Below are positions 40,415 through 53,900 of a stretch of 64,000 nt of DNA, one piece after another. Under the pieces are notes generated by a model. That model was not told where the DNA came from and ran no database searches. It worked only from the letters and a program-made list of their open reading frames with translations. The translations under genes were made by a program, and so were the position numbers. The number at the start of each line of letters is the position of its first letter. The first letter of the stretch is position 1. The stretch comes from Ruditapes philippinarum (Eukaryota). Location: the NCBI RefSeq assembly GCF_026571515.1, contig NW_026860903.1, forward strand, positions 248,001-312,000, in the 5' to 3' direction.

Positions 40415-41590
40415 TTAAAGCTATCCCGTTCATTCAATTTTTCATACTCGCACTTACATCATGTCGTGCGCACGAGATATTTAAGTGGCGCGCACGAGAT
40501 ACTCAATAGTGCGCACAGCATAATTAAGTGGTGTACACGAGATATCATGTCACTAAGTCGTGCGTACGAGTTACTTAGTATATGGTGCGAACGAGATGAG
40601 TAAGTTGTGCGCACTACATTTTAACCAATCAGATTACACTATATGTATGAATTTTCAATGACAAATGTCATTTGACCTTATGACCTAAAAGTCAGTAGTA
40701 GTGAGCAATATTCCTACCAAGTAACATAAACAATGACTTATTTATTCTCAAGTTATTGATTCGACAAGGATTTTACATTATGACATTGTGTCTCTGTGGC
40801 CTTGACCTTTGACCTAATGACATCGAAATCAATAGGTTTTTCTAATGGCCACAGAGGGACAAAGGGCAATTTCCCTATCAAGTAACAAACGCATGGCATA
40901 TTCTTTCTCAAGTTATTGTTTGGACAATGATTTTACATTAAGCGTCATTGTGAACCTGATTTTTTATCCAATGACCTCAAAATCTAAAGATGGCATGTAC
41001 TGATCAGGTGCAATGTCCGTTCTAGGTAATATAAACCATGGCTTACTCCTTTTCAAGTTAGAAGTGTCATGGTTACCATGACCTTAAGACCTCAAACATC
41101 AATTGAGGTTATCTACTGGCAATGGGCAATGTCCCTACCAAATAAAGTAAACCATGCAGTGCTTATTCCTTCTCACGTTATCGTATGGACAATGTTAACA
41201 GGCCCTTAGTACGTACGTACTGATCAATCCTATCAAAGGATGGTCACCACTTTCAAGTGGAAAGGGGGGGGGGGGGGCATAAAAGGGCCATGACTAAGTC
41301 AAAAATACTGATTTATGGGCCTTGGATAGTGACCTCCTAATATGATCCTAAAGACATGTATCATGTATTCAACTGAATACTTTCAGTAGTTTCTAAGATT
41401 CATGTTGCATGTACTTAAAACATTAACCAGGCATTTTCTAAGTAAAAAATTCATATATATAGTGTACTCTGATTGGCTAATTATCTTGTGCGCACGACTT
41501 CATTATCTTGTTTGCACCACATCTCGTGCGCACGACTTAGTAACTCGTGCGCACGACTTAATAACTCATGCGCACGACATAGTATCATTT
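40415..41590. mobile_element. Foldback-like element with long inverted arms of (tcgtgcgcacgag) repeats, enclosing degenerate HINE-type repeats
   Basis: aaccaatcagattacactatatgtatgaatttt (about 40623-40655) is inverted at about 41446-41479. gtgcgcacga arrays at 40463-40615 and 41487-41580 are in opposite orientation. Confidence 0.6.
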
Positions 41591-42460
41591 CTGTAAAGAT
41601 CGGATGAAATTGCACGAGCAGTTCATGAGGAATTGTACGGACACATTTTGTGACGGAGAAGTGATCCCTACATGTCGCCTAATCACCGAGTAATCACCGA
41701 TACATAGATCAATTCTAATTATCAGATTAGTGGATAAAATAAGAATTTCACCACAACATATTTGTTAGTCAATGTTTGTGGTTAAAGCCATTGTTATTCA
41801 AGTGAAAGGTCAGAGTTCACGTTTTTTTTTCAGCCAATCGCTGACCATGTTACAACACAATAATCTGACCTTAAATGATCAAACGTTGTTACGGTTCACA
41901 GTACAAAACGACATCCACTGGTGAATATATATGTAAATATGTAGTAGGCTATCTGTATATAGATACCATACGTGTTGCAATAGTTTGAAGGTAAAATTTA
42001 TTTGTATATTAATGTACTTAAGTTTAAACTCTAGTTATAACCATACAAATTAAAAATGACACCACCTGCTTTCAATTTACCGGGTCACTTAATGGTACAA
42101 AAACAGGCTGTTAAATTGCTTTACGAACAGTTGTATTTTCTTTAGGCTCCGAAGTTTGACGGAAAAGATCGAAAAGTTTCTAATCTTATACACAACTAAG
42201 GTTTAAATACACACTGTAAAATATTGATGCATGCATACCTGTAGATAAATTGTACACAAATTTACAGTCTTGATATATTTAATTAAATAAATACATGTAG
42301 ATGTATATGTACGCTTAATATCGAAAAAAATATCATGTGTTTCGTATATTTGTTTTTACTAAATACTTTTTGCAATCATATTATTTGAACTTACTTGACA
42401 GTAGTATATGAAATTACGTAGTAATTGTAGCTGCTTGACTTTATTTTTCATACAGAAAAC

Positions 42461-43587
42461 ATGACAAGTCCGACGACTGAATATATACTTAATGTGGCCA
42501 GATATGTGTCCCGGCTTGACTCGTTCCCTATATTCTGTGGGTATGTGCTGATGGTACTGCTGGCTGGACAATGGAAGAAATTTTTCAAACCTCTAAACCT
42601 CAGGCCTGTTAGTTTTATTGACTTTTTTATTTTCTTAAAAAAAGAGAGTATGTTTGTATATGCCATTTATTTACAACAGGACATAATGGTCGGCCTGGTC
42701 GCGGTTTATAAAACAGTATTATGATAGAACTTTAGGTTCGATAACAAGCTCAAATAAGTAAACATGAATTTATTAATATACAATACAATTTAAACATAGT
42801 TGAGTAACCAAAGTTCATGTTTTACGGAAAGACATTGTCTATACGCGTACTATATCATTATGGTGAATAAGACTGAGATACTAGTATTCCAAAGTGACTT
42901 TATTTTCTAAGCAAATTTAATCCGATTGCCTGCATAATGGTAATTTGCTCCTTTAAGAGATGGTCGTTTTTCTTTTGTTTATTTTAAAAGTCTAGTATTT
43001 CTGATTTTCAGGTTTTAGTGATCTACAACCTAACTGCAAGTGCTATCAGCTTTTATACGCTGTATGGGAGTGCGGTAGCCTTGATCAACTCAGAATCAAC
43101 TTTCAGCCGGCAGACATCAGAACAACTTCAGTTTACCTACAAAGTTTACTGGTTTGCTAAAACATTAGAACTGCTCGATACTGTTTTTATGGTGTTACGT
43201 CATAAACAACGTCAGATTTCTTTCCTGCACGTGTATCACCACAGTAGTATGCTCCTACTTAGCGATATGACCTACCATTCTTATCCATACGTTGCAATTA
43301 GTTTATATTTAGGACTAAATTCCGCAGTGCACGTGCTACTATACTTGTATTACGGGTTGAGTGCACTACATCCGGAAAATCCTCCGCAGTGGAAAGAATT
43401 CCTAACTCAGTTTCAAATAACTCAGTTTGTCATTGATCTTGTACATGCAACAATAGGTTACATGTTTTATAATTACTGTATTTATGGAGTGTTTTATTGT
43501 ATTGCAATGATAATACTGTTTTCAAATTTTTATATAAAAGCGTACTCCAAACAAAGTAGTCCATCAAATAAAAGAAAGGGCATTTAG
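42461..43587 (+). CDS. ELOVL/GNS1-SUR4 family fatty-acid elongase, paralog B (about 240 aa; exons 42461-42607 and 43012-43587)
   Basis: KTLELLDTVFMVLRHK, HVYHH, NSAVHVLLYLYY, TQFQITQF motifs and basic C-terminus KRKGI. Same intron position and phase as paralog A. Confidence 0.93.
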
Positions 43588-46500
43588 CATAAACTTTAAA
43601 TGATTGTTACATTTTTAAGTTTTGAAATAGTTGATGTATATTTCTTTAGGTTATACCAACGTTTTTGTCTTAAACATTTAGTCACAAATTTGCCAAAATC
43701 TAGACAAGCCAATGAGAATGCTTGCTAAATCAACGAGATTTACTGGGAGTGTTCTTCAACTTCACTTGCTTTCCCATATGTGTATTAGAAGTTTGTTTAG
43801 CTAGCTAACTGTCGGTTGCATTTACACATTTGTTATAATAAAAGTAACAATATGTATGATACATATTAAAATATTGTGTCTCTAATTGGCTACTTTCCAA
43901 AGCAACAACAAATACAACTTTTTAATAAAATTTTTATAAAATGTTTGATTGTTCTAGTATATTTCAAGTTTAAGATCTTTTCTGACAAATATCCATACAG
44001 TAGAACATTTTGCTTTAAATTACCAATAAAATGTCAATGGCCAACTAGAACCTTCACTGTCTTGGTTCAAATACCCTTTTAGCGGGTTTAATGAAGTTAT
44101 ATCTTGATACATTAAATTGACTTAAAGTTACGCTATCTACATTAACAAGTATGAAACATTTCAAGAGCAGTAACTCTAAAACAATTTAAGAGTTATGATT
44201 CCAGGTCATTGTATATCCCCTAAATGAGATCTATCCATTTAAGGAGTGTCAAGCTAGTATTAATACCTTTTTAGTCATGCTCCTGACCAAAGTAAGTATA
44301 AAATATTACAAAGAGCTAACATCTATGGAATTTCAACAACTGTTGAATTATAATCCGGAAAACAAAAGTTGAAGGTCAGGTGGATAACAATACAGACAAA
44401 CTGATTTCTGTATACTCTGTTACAAAATTATTGTGGGATGGGCAGGGGTATATGAAACTAGAGCTGTTAGTAGGAAAGCTGGCTTGACTATTCTCCGTGC
44501 TTGATAATGTAGAAATAAACAAAGGGGACTGAGTTTTGGATACTGACCAAAGAATTTTTTAACTTCACTAAAGGCCATACATTGTATTTCATTCAAAATC
44601 CATGTCAGAATTATAATTCTTTAAACATAATTCCAAAAACATGAATCAAGTTTCAAGTGAACCCAACAGTAATTTAAAGATTAATGTACCAAGAATTTCA
44701 TAACTTCACAAAGGGCCAATAAAAATTTATATGGAGTTATTGGCCTTGAATAGTAACCTTCAAGACATGTATTCAATATCAAGAGAATGCATACAGTAGA
44801 AAATTTTGTATTGATGTTGCATACAAAACATTTAAACAAAAGATTTTTTTTAAAGTTCATAAAATGCCACAATTCAGTTATTGACCTTGGAAAGTTGGAA
44901 GACATTTTAAACTGCAATAAACACGCTCTGCTCTGTTACTTAAACCCGGAAATATCTCATAAAGGGTCATTTGGTTTAAACATATTCATTTAATCTTGAT
45001 TGCGAAACAAGCTTTTGAAACTTATATTATTCACTTTCGAGTCAGCTTCCTGGAACCAACCAGTACTGGCGTCAAATGAAGAAACATGATCATTACTTGA
45101 TTTGGACTCGAACCCATGCCTTTTAGAAATGCATACCAATTTTTATATTAAACAAGAATTCAAACTTTGAAGTGAATACCTTTGATAGTCTTGAGAAATG
45201 CACTTTAATGTACATTAAACAAATCAAGACATAAAAGGGGGATTACTTTTCAAAATGAATTTGAGGATAAGCTGCCCTTTTAAAGCGGTTCTATTTTTAT
45301 GGTGAACATGTATACTAAATACTTGAATTGTTTCACAAAAAAGTACCTAAACAAAAAGGTAAACCAGGGGAAAAAATCTATGTTAAAAATGGGGCATAAT
45401 TACTGATTTCTTGATCTTGGACTGAACTTCAGAATAAGTTATCAACAAAGTGGATACAGCACAAGCAAAATTTATCTAACATTTATCATATTTATTTTGC
45501 AAATGTTGAATTTAACCAGTATCTAAAATATTGTATTGCACTACTGAACACAGTTTTATTTTTTATTTAACAAACTATTACAAAAGGAGAGGGTCTTTTT
45601 AGCTCTAAATTGCTCACCTGGGTCCCATTGCTTAAGTTTGATTATACCAGCCAAATGAGCTTATGTCAAGTTATTCTAAAATCCATCATTAAATGCCAGA
45701 ATTGTTTTAAAAGAAACAAAAATCAGTGCAGTTTTATGAAAGATTCATACCATGATTATGGATGTACAAGTGTGACCTTGACCTTTTAGCAAAGGACTTG
45801 ATTATTATGCATGACACATCACCATCATGATTGTCTAACATATTTATGCCAAACTTATTTTCAAATCTCCCCAGTAATGACAGATTTGTTGACCAGACAT
45901 GACCATCAATGCACTTTAAAAATACAATATCATGACTTTGAAATATATGTGTGACCCTGATCTTTTGAGCTGGAGACCTAATTCTTGAGAGTGACACATC
46001 ATCATGATGTACAAAACACAAAAATTTATTTCAAACCCATCAAGGAATTACAAAATTGTTTACCAGGCATGCACTTAAGTGCAGTTTTATGTAAAATTTA
46101 TATCATGATTTAATGGATGTACACATATGACCTTGACCTTTGAACTTCAAAACAAATATGAAATGAAATGGATATTGAGTATGGAAACAAGAGCAGTATG
46201 AAAGACAGTACATTTTCCTATTCTTTACACATGATAGCAAAACAAGAGTATGTATTTAGTAGGTATAAATATAGAGGAAGATATCATTTAAAATACGTAA
46301 CACAGTATCAACATGTGTTGAAATTTGACCTACAATTATCATGTAAAGCTTCAAGCCATACCTTAGGAAGATTTATGATGTATCAAAAACTTTAACCAGG
46401 ACTTTTCTGATTTCACAAAGGGACATAATTCAGTCAGAATGCTAATGCTAGAGTTGTAGGCCTTAGATAGTGACCTTCAATTATGATCTCAAAACATGTG

Positions 46501-47971
46501 TGAAATAACAAATTAATTTCTTTAAAAGAGTTGCTGATAGATAAGAAGTTTACAAGAAGTTTTGCACACTTAACTGAAAAACAAAGTGTTATGCTGAGAC
46601 ATGGGTAAGTAGCATAGACCTACTATTCTTCAAAAAGTTAAGCTTAATATTGATGTGGACAACAGGCATTACAAAAAGCTTACCATCAGGTAAAACTTAT
46701 TTAGATTTTATAATATGCTATATGCTTACTGTGTTGGGGATTTATGATTTCTTTAAAAATAATCATGCATTCACTTAAATATTACAACAAAATACAAGTT
46801 AAAAGAACATATAAATGGTAAGCATGTATTAAACACGTTTAGCAAAAAAACACAACATTTCACATAAACTAATAAATTTACAATATGGAATGGATGTATT
46901 TATGTAATATGTAAGATATTAAATATTCTGAATTAATCATCTGAAAAATCTGTTCACAAGTTTTTATTTTCAGAAAGGACACATATCCTAATTCACTCTG
47001 ATCCATGTACAAGATGATAACAGAAAGTTCAATGGTTTCAAAATGTCAAGAACTCATAAAAACATTATTTAAGACCCAAACACAATAGGCTTTTAAATAA
47101 TAATACAATTATTGAATAACTGATAAGGTTGTATATACTACTATTTATATTGTATTCATTAAAAAGAAATCTTCACCTCTGTACACAACCTGTAACTCTG
47201 CATGTTTGCATCCTGTATGTATAAACATGTTATTTAGACAAACAGAATTAAATCTGAAGCATTTCTGAACAAAAATTTCTAAACATTGAGGGGAGTTAAA
47301 CTTAAAATCATTAAAGATGATATGTAGTCCCAATCAATGTAACATGGCTATAAAAAGTCAGTAAATTTGTGTTGAATTAAAATTGATGAAGAACAAAAAT
47401 CTAAGCTAACTCACCCATATTAGCAGAATACTAGTGTTTAGATAGTCATTTATAAAAATAAAACAGAAGTAGTGTCAAATAAAGAACAATGAATTTTATA
47501 GTTTACATATGGATTGACATACTAAACAGTAATTCCTTAGTCCAAGCCCTAACATGTCTTTTATTTTCTAATATAATATTCTTGGACTGCACTTTTGATG
47601 AAATAATAAAAATAATATATAAAATATACTAATTTTACTTTACAAGTTTGATCACAATTTCCATAAAGAATTATTTCGGGGGAATAATGCACATAAAAAG
47701 TGCATTAGTGCTATTATTTCATAAATGTCTGATTCAGTACTTCCACAGCTGATGTGATGTCTTGATGTCACATGACCCACCATGTTCATTCTCAATCAGG
47801 ATATCATTACATTAAAATCCAATCTACAGAGTCCAGTCATAATCTAGAATATAACTTGGCTTTAACAGACTTTTATCTTAAACTGACCAATCAAAATGCA
47901 GCCTTCTTTCACTGGTCTCCTGTCACACCATTGTCACTCTTTGAGCAATATTTGAATTTAAGGAGCATGCC

Positions 47972-50900
47972 TCAGTCTATATGTTGATGTTCTTGCCACA
48001 GTACTCTAACCCTGTTTATCCACTGTTGTCCCTTGTTTGACTTGACAAACATACATGAACTACAGAATATTACAAACAACCATGAAACTAGCAGGAGATA
48101 ATCTGGTTCATCTGTTGGTACACTTGGTACAGGACCTAAATAGTCAGCCTCTGTAACATTTACTGTACTGTTTGCCTCTACACCTGTAACATACAATCAA
48201 CAAAAAGTCTACTTAAATTATATCAAAACCTTGCTGACAAATTGAAATTGATCATCAAATTATAAATACAATATTACTGGATAACATACTCTGTTCTCAT
48301 TAGGCAAAGGTTGTAATAGTAAAATATAATAAACTAGAAATGTGTCCATAGGACACGGGTGCCCCCACATTCCACTGTTTTGTCAATCTACTGACTCTAG
48401 GTCAAATGTTTTTGGGCTACATGTGACACAAGTTAAAAACTGAAAATCTTTTACTTACAAAAACTGTACAAATACTGAATAAATCCACAAGCAAACCCAA
48501 AGGTGCATAACTACATATGCTCAAACAACATTCTTGAATACTTTCAGGACTACGGGTCAAATAATTTTTGAGCTATGCATGAACAAGTCTATAATTTATA
48601 CTAAGTCAAGGGAAATAAATCCACATGCAAAACCCCAGGTGCATAGCTTCATAGTGATGTCGATCATCATTCCTGTAAAGTTGGTTGATTCTAACTCAAG
48701 CACTCAAAGAACACATAACAACATTTTGGAATGTTTTTTCTAAGTCAATGGCAATTACTCTACAAATACTAAATAAATCCACAATCAAACCCCCATGTGC
48801 ACAACTACATATGCCAACCAACATTTCTGTAAAGTTTCATGTCTCTAGGTCAAATACTTTTTGAGCTACATGCGACACAAGTTGAAAATTGCAATTTTAC
48901 AAAATCAAGGGCTATTACTCTACAAATACTGAATAAATCCACAACCAAAATCCCTGGTGCACAACTACACATGCTGACCAACATTCCTATAAAGTTTCTA
49001 GGTCAGATACTTTTTGAGCTATGTGCGACACAATTTGAAAATTGTAAATTTTTACTAAGTCAAGGGCCATAACTTTGACAAAACAGAATAAATCCATAAG
49101 CGAAATGCCAGGTGCACAACTTTACATGCTGAGCAACATTATTGTAAAATATCATGACCCTAGGTCAAATACTTTTTGAGCTATGTGCGACACAAGTTAA
49201 TAAATTGCATTTTTACTAAGCCAAGGAAAATAACTGAATTAAACCACACATAACCACCCAGGTGCACAACTACACATGCTGATGACATTCCTTTAAAGTT
49301 TCATGACTCTAGGTAAAACATTTTTGAGCTACGTGCGACACAAAAAAGAGAACAGACGGAAGGACAGTTGGATGGACAGACAAACAAGCATAAATCTAAA
49401 TCCCCCTACTGGGGGCACAAAATCCTCCACCCCCCCCCCCCCGTAGTGGGGGCACAAAAATGTAAATTTTTACTAGGTCTAGGGCAATTACTCTACAAAT
49501 ACTGAATAAATCCACACACAAACACCCAGAAGCACAACTACACATGCTGATGAACATTCCTTTCATGACTATAAGTCAAACACTTTTTTCAAACACTTTT
49601 TGAGCTATGTGCAACACAAGTTGAAAATTGTAAATTTTTACTAAGTCAAGGGCCATAATTCTGACAAAACATTATAAATCCACAAGCAAAACCTCAGGTG
49701 CACAACTTCACATCATTCTTGTAAAGTTTCATGACCCTAGGTCAAATACTTTTTGAGCTACATGCAACACAAATTGAAAATTTTTACTAAGTCACAGGCA
49801 ATAACTCTACAAATACTGAATAAATCCATACACAAACACAAGGTGCACAACTACACATGATGACAAATGTTCCTGTATAGTTTCATGACTCTAGGTAAAT
49901 TACTTTTTGAGCTACATGCGACACAAAAAAGAACAGACAGACAGATGGACACTGGTAAATCTAAATGAGCCCCCTATAGTGGGGGCACAAAAATTGTCTG
50001 AGATATCATAGAACAAATACTGAACTTTCACTTCCTTGAAGTATGAAAGAAAACAGCAAGACATAAACAAGATGTTTCTTAATATAAAACGGCATCAGCA
50101 AAACTTTTACAGAAAGATAAAATAAAGTTGTATGAGAAAAGAATAGCTATCAATTTCCACAATTGATTTTTTTGCAAACTGATGTACATTGTTACTATAA
50201 AAAAGTATTTTAAATTTCAATTGAATATCTCAAGCAATAATTGAGATATTTGACTTTACAAAAAACTTTAACCAAAATTTCTAAGTTAAAAAGGGGCATA
50301 ATTCTGTCAATATTGTAGGCAGAGTTATCCAACTTGTCAATCTGATGTACCTTGTTACTATAAATAAGTATTGTAAGTTTCAATTGAATATCTCAAGTAA
50401 TAATTGAGATATTTGACTTTACAAAAAACTTTAACCAACGCAGACGCCGACGCGGACGCTGACGCGGACACGACTACAATAGCTCTCATATTCTTCGAAT
50501 AGTCGAGCTAAAAATCATTATCATTCAAAGTAAATCTTTTAAGTGTATTAAACTATTTATACAAAACAGTTTCCACATAGGTAATAAGATATTGAAAAGT
50601 CAAGCTGTCCAAAACTTAATACCTTGAACTTTCTGAAATTACAATGGTATAGTTATGTATTTTCTCATTTTATTTGAATATCTTATTAGTACATGTATCA
50701 TTTTTTGCAAGTTTCATCCAATAAATTTAAACATTTCTTGAAGCTCAACTGTAAAACTTTGAAACACATTAAAATTATATGAGCCGCGTCATGACAAAAC
50801 CAACATAGTGCGTCTGCGACCAGCATGGATCCAGACCAGCCTGCGCACCGCGCAGTCTGATCAGGATCCATGCTGTTCGCTTACCTACTCTATTACAAGT

Positions 50901-53900
50901 AGAGAAACTGATAGCGAACAGCATGGATCCTGATCAGACTGCGCGGATGCTGGTCTGGATCCATGCTGGTCGCAAACCCATTATGTTGGTTTTGTCATGA
51001 CACGGCTCATATAAACAACTTCTTACTTGCTGAATTGAGCTGTATCTACAGCAACAAAATCTAGTTGAGGAAAAGCTCTAGCCAGTGCATTGTAATGTGG
51101 TGCCACCTTAGCACAGAAATGACACCATGGAGCGTAAAACATCACTAACAAACAATCCGTTACATTGTCTGTATCATTTTTATCAAAGTTCAAAAGCTGA
51201 AGAAGTTGAGCTGTTGTTATGAGTTTAACTGTGGCATTTGTATTGTCAGTAACATTTTTACCAGTACAATGAAATTTGACTTTTTTACCAGTGTCAGTTG
51301 TATTGTTTTCTGTCTCAGTTATGTTTTCCGGTTCAGCTATGGTCACGTTTACTGTCCCATTTTCAATTGTGATATTTTCATTTACAACAGATGCATTAGA
51401 TAAAGTGATGTTTGTTTTATCTGACAACTTTGGGTAAATTCCATCTTTAAACTCCTCAATAAAAGGATCTAAAATAAATTTCAACCACTGATAAAATGTG
51501 GAATTGGATTCAAAATTTGAAGTGTTTTTTGTTAGTTCGTTATTCCCTCCTGTTACCCTGGATTCATCTAGAACTTTTTCATTATCCATGGTAACTGACT
51601 GGGTGTTTCTTATCTTTGTATCATGTTCATCCTTGTTAAAAGTCTCTTCAGATTTTAGGTCTAAATTTTCATTTTCACTGTTAACATTATTCTGAATATC
51701 AGCTGACGGTTTAGTTCTTAATTCTTCATCTGGTCTTGGATCTGTCTCTTTCCTCCTATCAATATTTGGTTTAACACTGTCATCAGAAGCAGATTCTTGG
51801 TTATTTAAAGATTGACTTGGAATTGAGACAACTTTACTGCAAACCTCTTTTTCTTTATCACAGAATTCACTACTTTCCACATTTTCTATGTCTTTATTGA
51901 GTTGATTTTCATCGCCCAAGACTTCATTTCTTTGGGTTATGCTAAGAACTTCATCATTTGAATCTTCTTTGTTGCTTGTTTCAACTGTCTTCAGTATATT
52001 ATCAGTTTCTTCTTGACTTCTTGCATTTGAAATCAACAGCAAAAGTATACCTAAAATACATATATCAAATATAACCATCATATAATAATCATTCACATTG
52101 TGTTCATACAAACAAACTTATTCCATCTGAAATGGAATTCAATATTCTTTTGATTAATCATTTGCACCAAATTTTCATTCATTGTGATAGAAAATGTGAG
52201 TCTGCAATTTTTACTTCATACTGTAGTTATTGAGATACCGGCTTAACCAAGAATTTCTAAGCCAAAAAAGGGGTATATTAAAATATGCAATATAGCAAAT
52301 CAGAGTTATGGTACTTGTGCCAATCAAGTTAGATAATCACAGGAACCAAGTGTGTGAAGTTTCAATCCATTCCATTCAGTAGTTATGGAGATACCAACTT
52401 ACACTTAAAAACTTAACAACAAATGGGTGACTGCATTAGCTCAAGTATTCTGAGAATAGTTGAGCTAAAAAGTCTGTAAAATCATTTTAATGGGTCAAAC
52501 CGTTCAAGCCGAACTAATTAGGCCTACTGGTAAGGGACCATCAACAGGACACTTTTTGAACATTTTTCCAAACAGATTTCATAATTTTAAAGCTAGAGAT
52601 CTGAAAATTTGACACAGAACAGCTAGTTTGTTTGTTTCTGATTATGTTGACACTTACATCTGGGGCCCATCAATGAGGGTATCACAATTACCTAAATTGT
52701 TCCAGGGCCAAAACACCATTTTTGGGGAAGGGGCCTCAGCCTTTTTCTTGGGGAAAATATGCGTGATTTTGGCATACTTTGGGAAAAGGGGTCTCAAATT
52801 TAACACAAACATTTAACAAGTTCTTGAAAATAGAAAAGCAAAAAAGCACTGGGAAATACTAATAAGGCAGTAAAAGACCTTAATTCAACGCCAAAATTTA
52901 ATTTTGTTCTAGATTCTATGGAAAATTTAAAAAGACTGGGGAATTTTCAGGACCAAACTGGGGAAAAAAATAGGCTAGTTTGGTTGGGGAAGCAGCCTAT
53001 ATTCGGCCTCTACAAAGAAGGGTTTTTTGGCCCTGTGTTCATACTACAGTACCATGGGTTTGGACAGATATATATTGGCATTTTATTCAATAAAAGCTTG
53101 GGTGTTTTAATTTTTTATTTTTAACATTTTATACAATATTTCAGCAACAAATGCTGAAGGTTTGGATATTTTTTACTCTTTTGTTTACTCTGCAAATGAT
53201 TAAAGCTGGTATATGAGGTCAGGCATAGCTTTCTTGACCCCCAAATTTCTATATCAACATACTTGAAATAGATTTATTTACTTAATTTAGAAGAAACATG
53301 CATTTATTGTTGATAAAAGAGTGATTGATAACCACCAAACAAAGAAAACACTAAATTAAGCATTTTTAGGGCCGTTCGTGTTTGGTGGTTGTCCGGTTTT
53401 GGTGGACCCCAACCAGTGTCCCTAATTTGGAAAAAATGATTACAAAATTGTGGGAAAAAAAACAAAAACAACAACATGTCATCATCATGTGCAATTAAAT
53501 TTTAAAATTTTATGACAGATGGTGAATTTGGTATCATTGTGCCAATGCTAATGACACAAACGGTAAATAAATCAGATCAGAGAAATTGTGTTTAATTATA
53601 ATACCAACAGTGAACTAATAGATATAGAGCTTCTGTACTTTTGTCTTGCATGGGAGGGGTAGACAGACGTTTCACTATTGAGACTGTTCACACCAAGACA
53701 GTTCACACCAAGACGTTTCACTCCCATTTGGGAGTGAAACGTCTTGAAGACGTTTCACTCCCTTTTTATACCAAAATTATTTTGATACTTATGATATACT
53801 AAAACAGACCTAAAAATTTGAATTGAATTGAACTAAAATAGACCTTAAATTTAATAAAAAAATAAATTAAAAAGGGGGGATTTCACTTTTTTGTCAAGTA

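Noticed and set aside
44930-45125. Possible minus-strand tRNA-derived SINE relic (similar hint at about 3430-3690)
   Set aside because: Only a B-box-like motif is visible; too degraded to delimit or name.
52051-52111. ORF-track N-terminus MYEHNVNDYYMMVIFDICIL for TXNDC15
   Set aside because: Starts at a non-ATG codon and lies beyond a clear acceptor at 52051-52052. The exon at 55294-55324 supplies an in-phase signal peptide.
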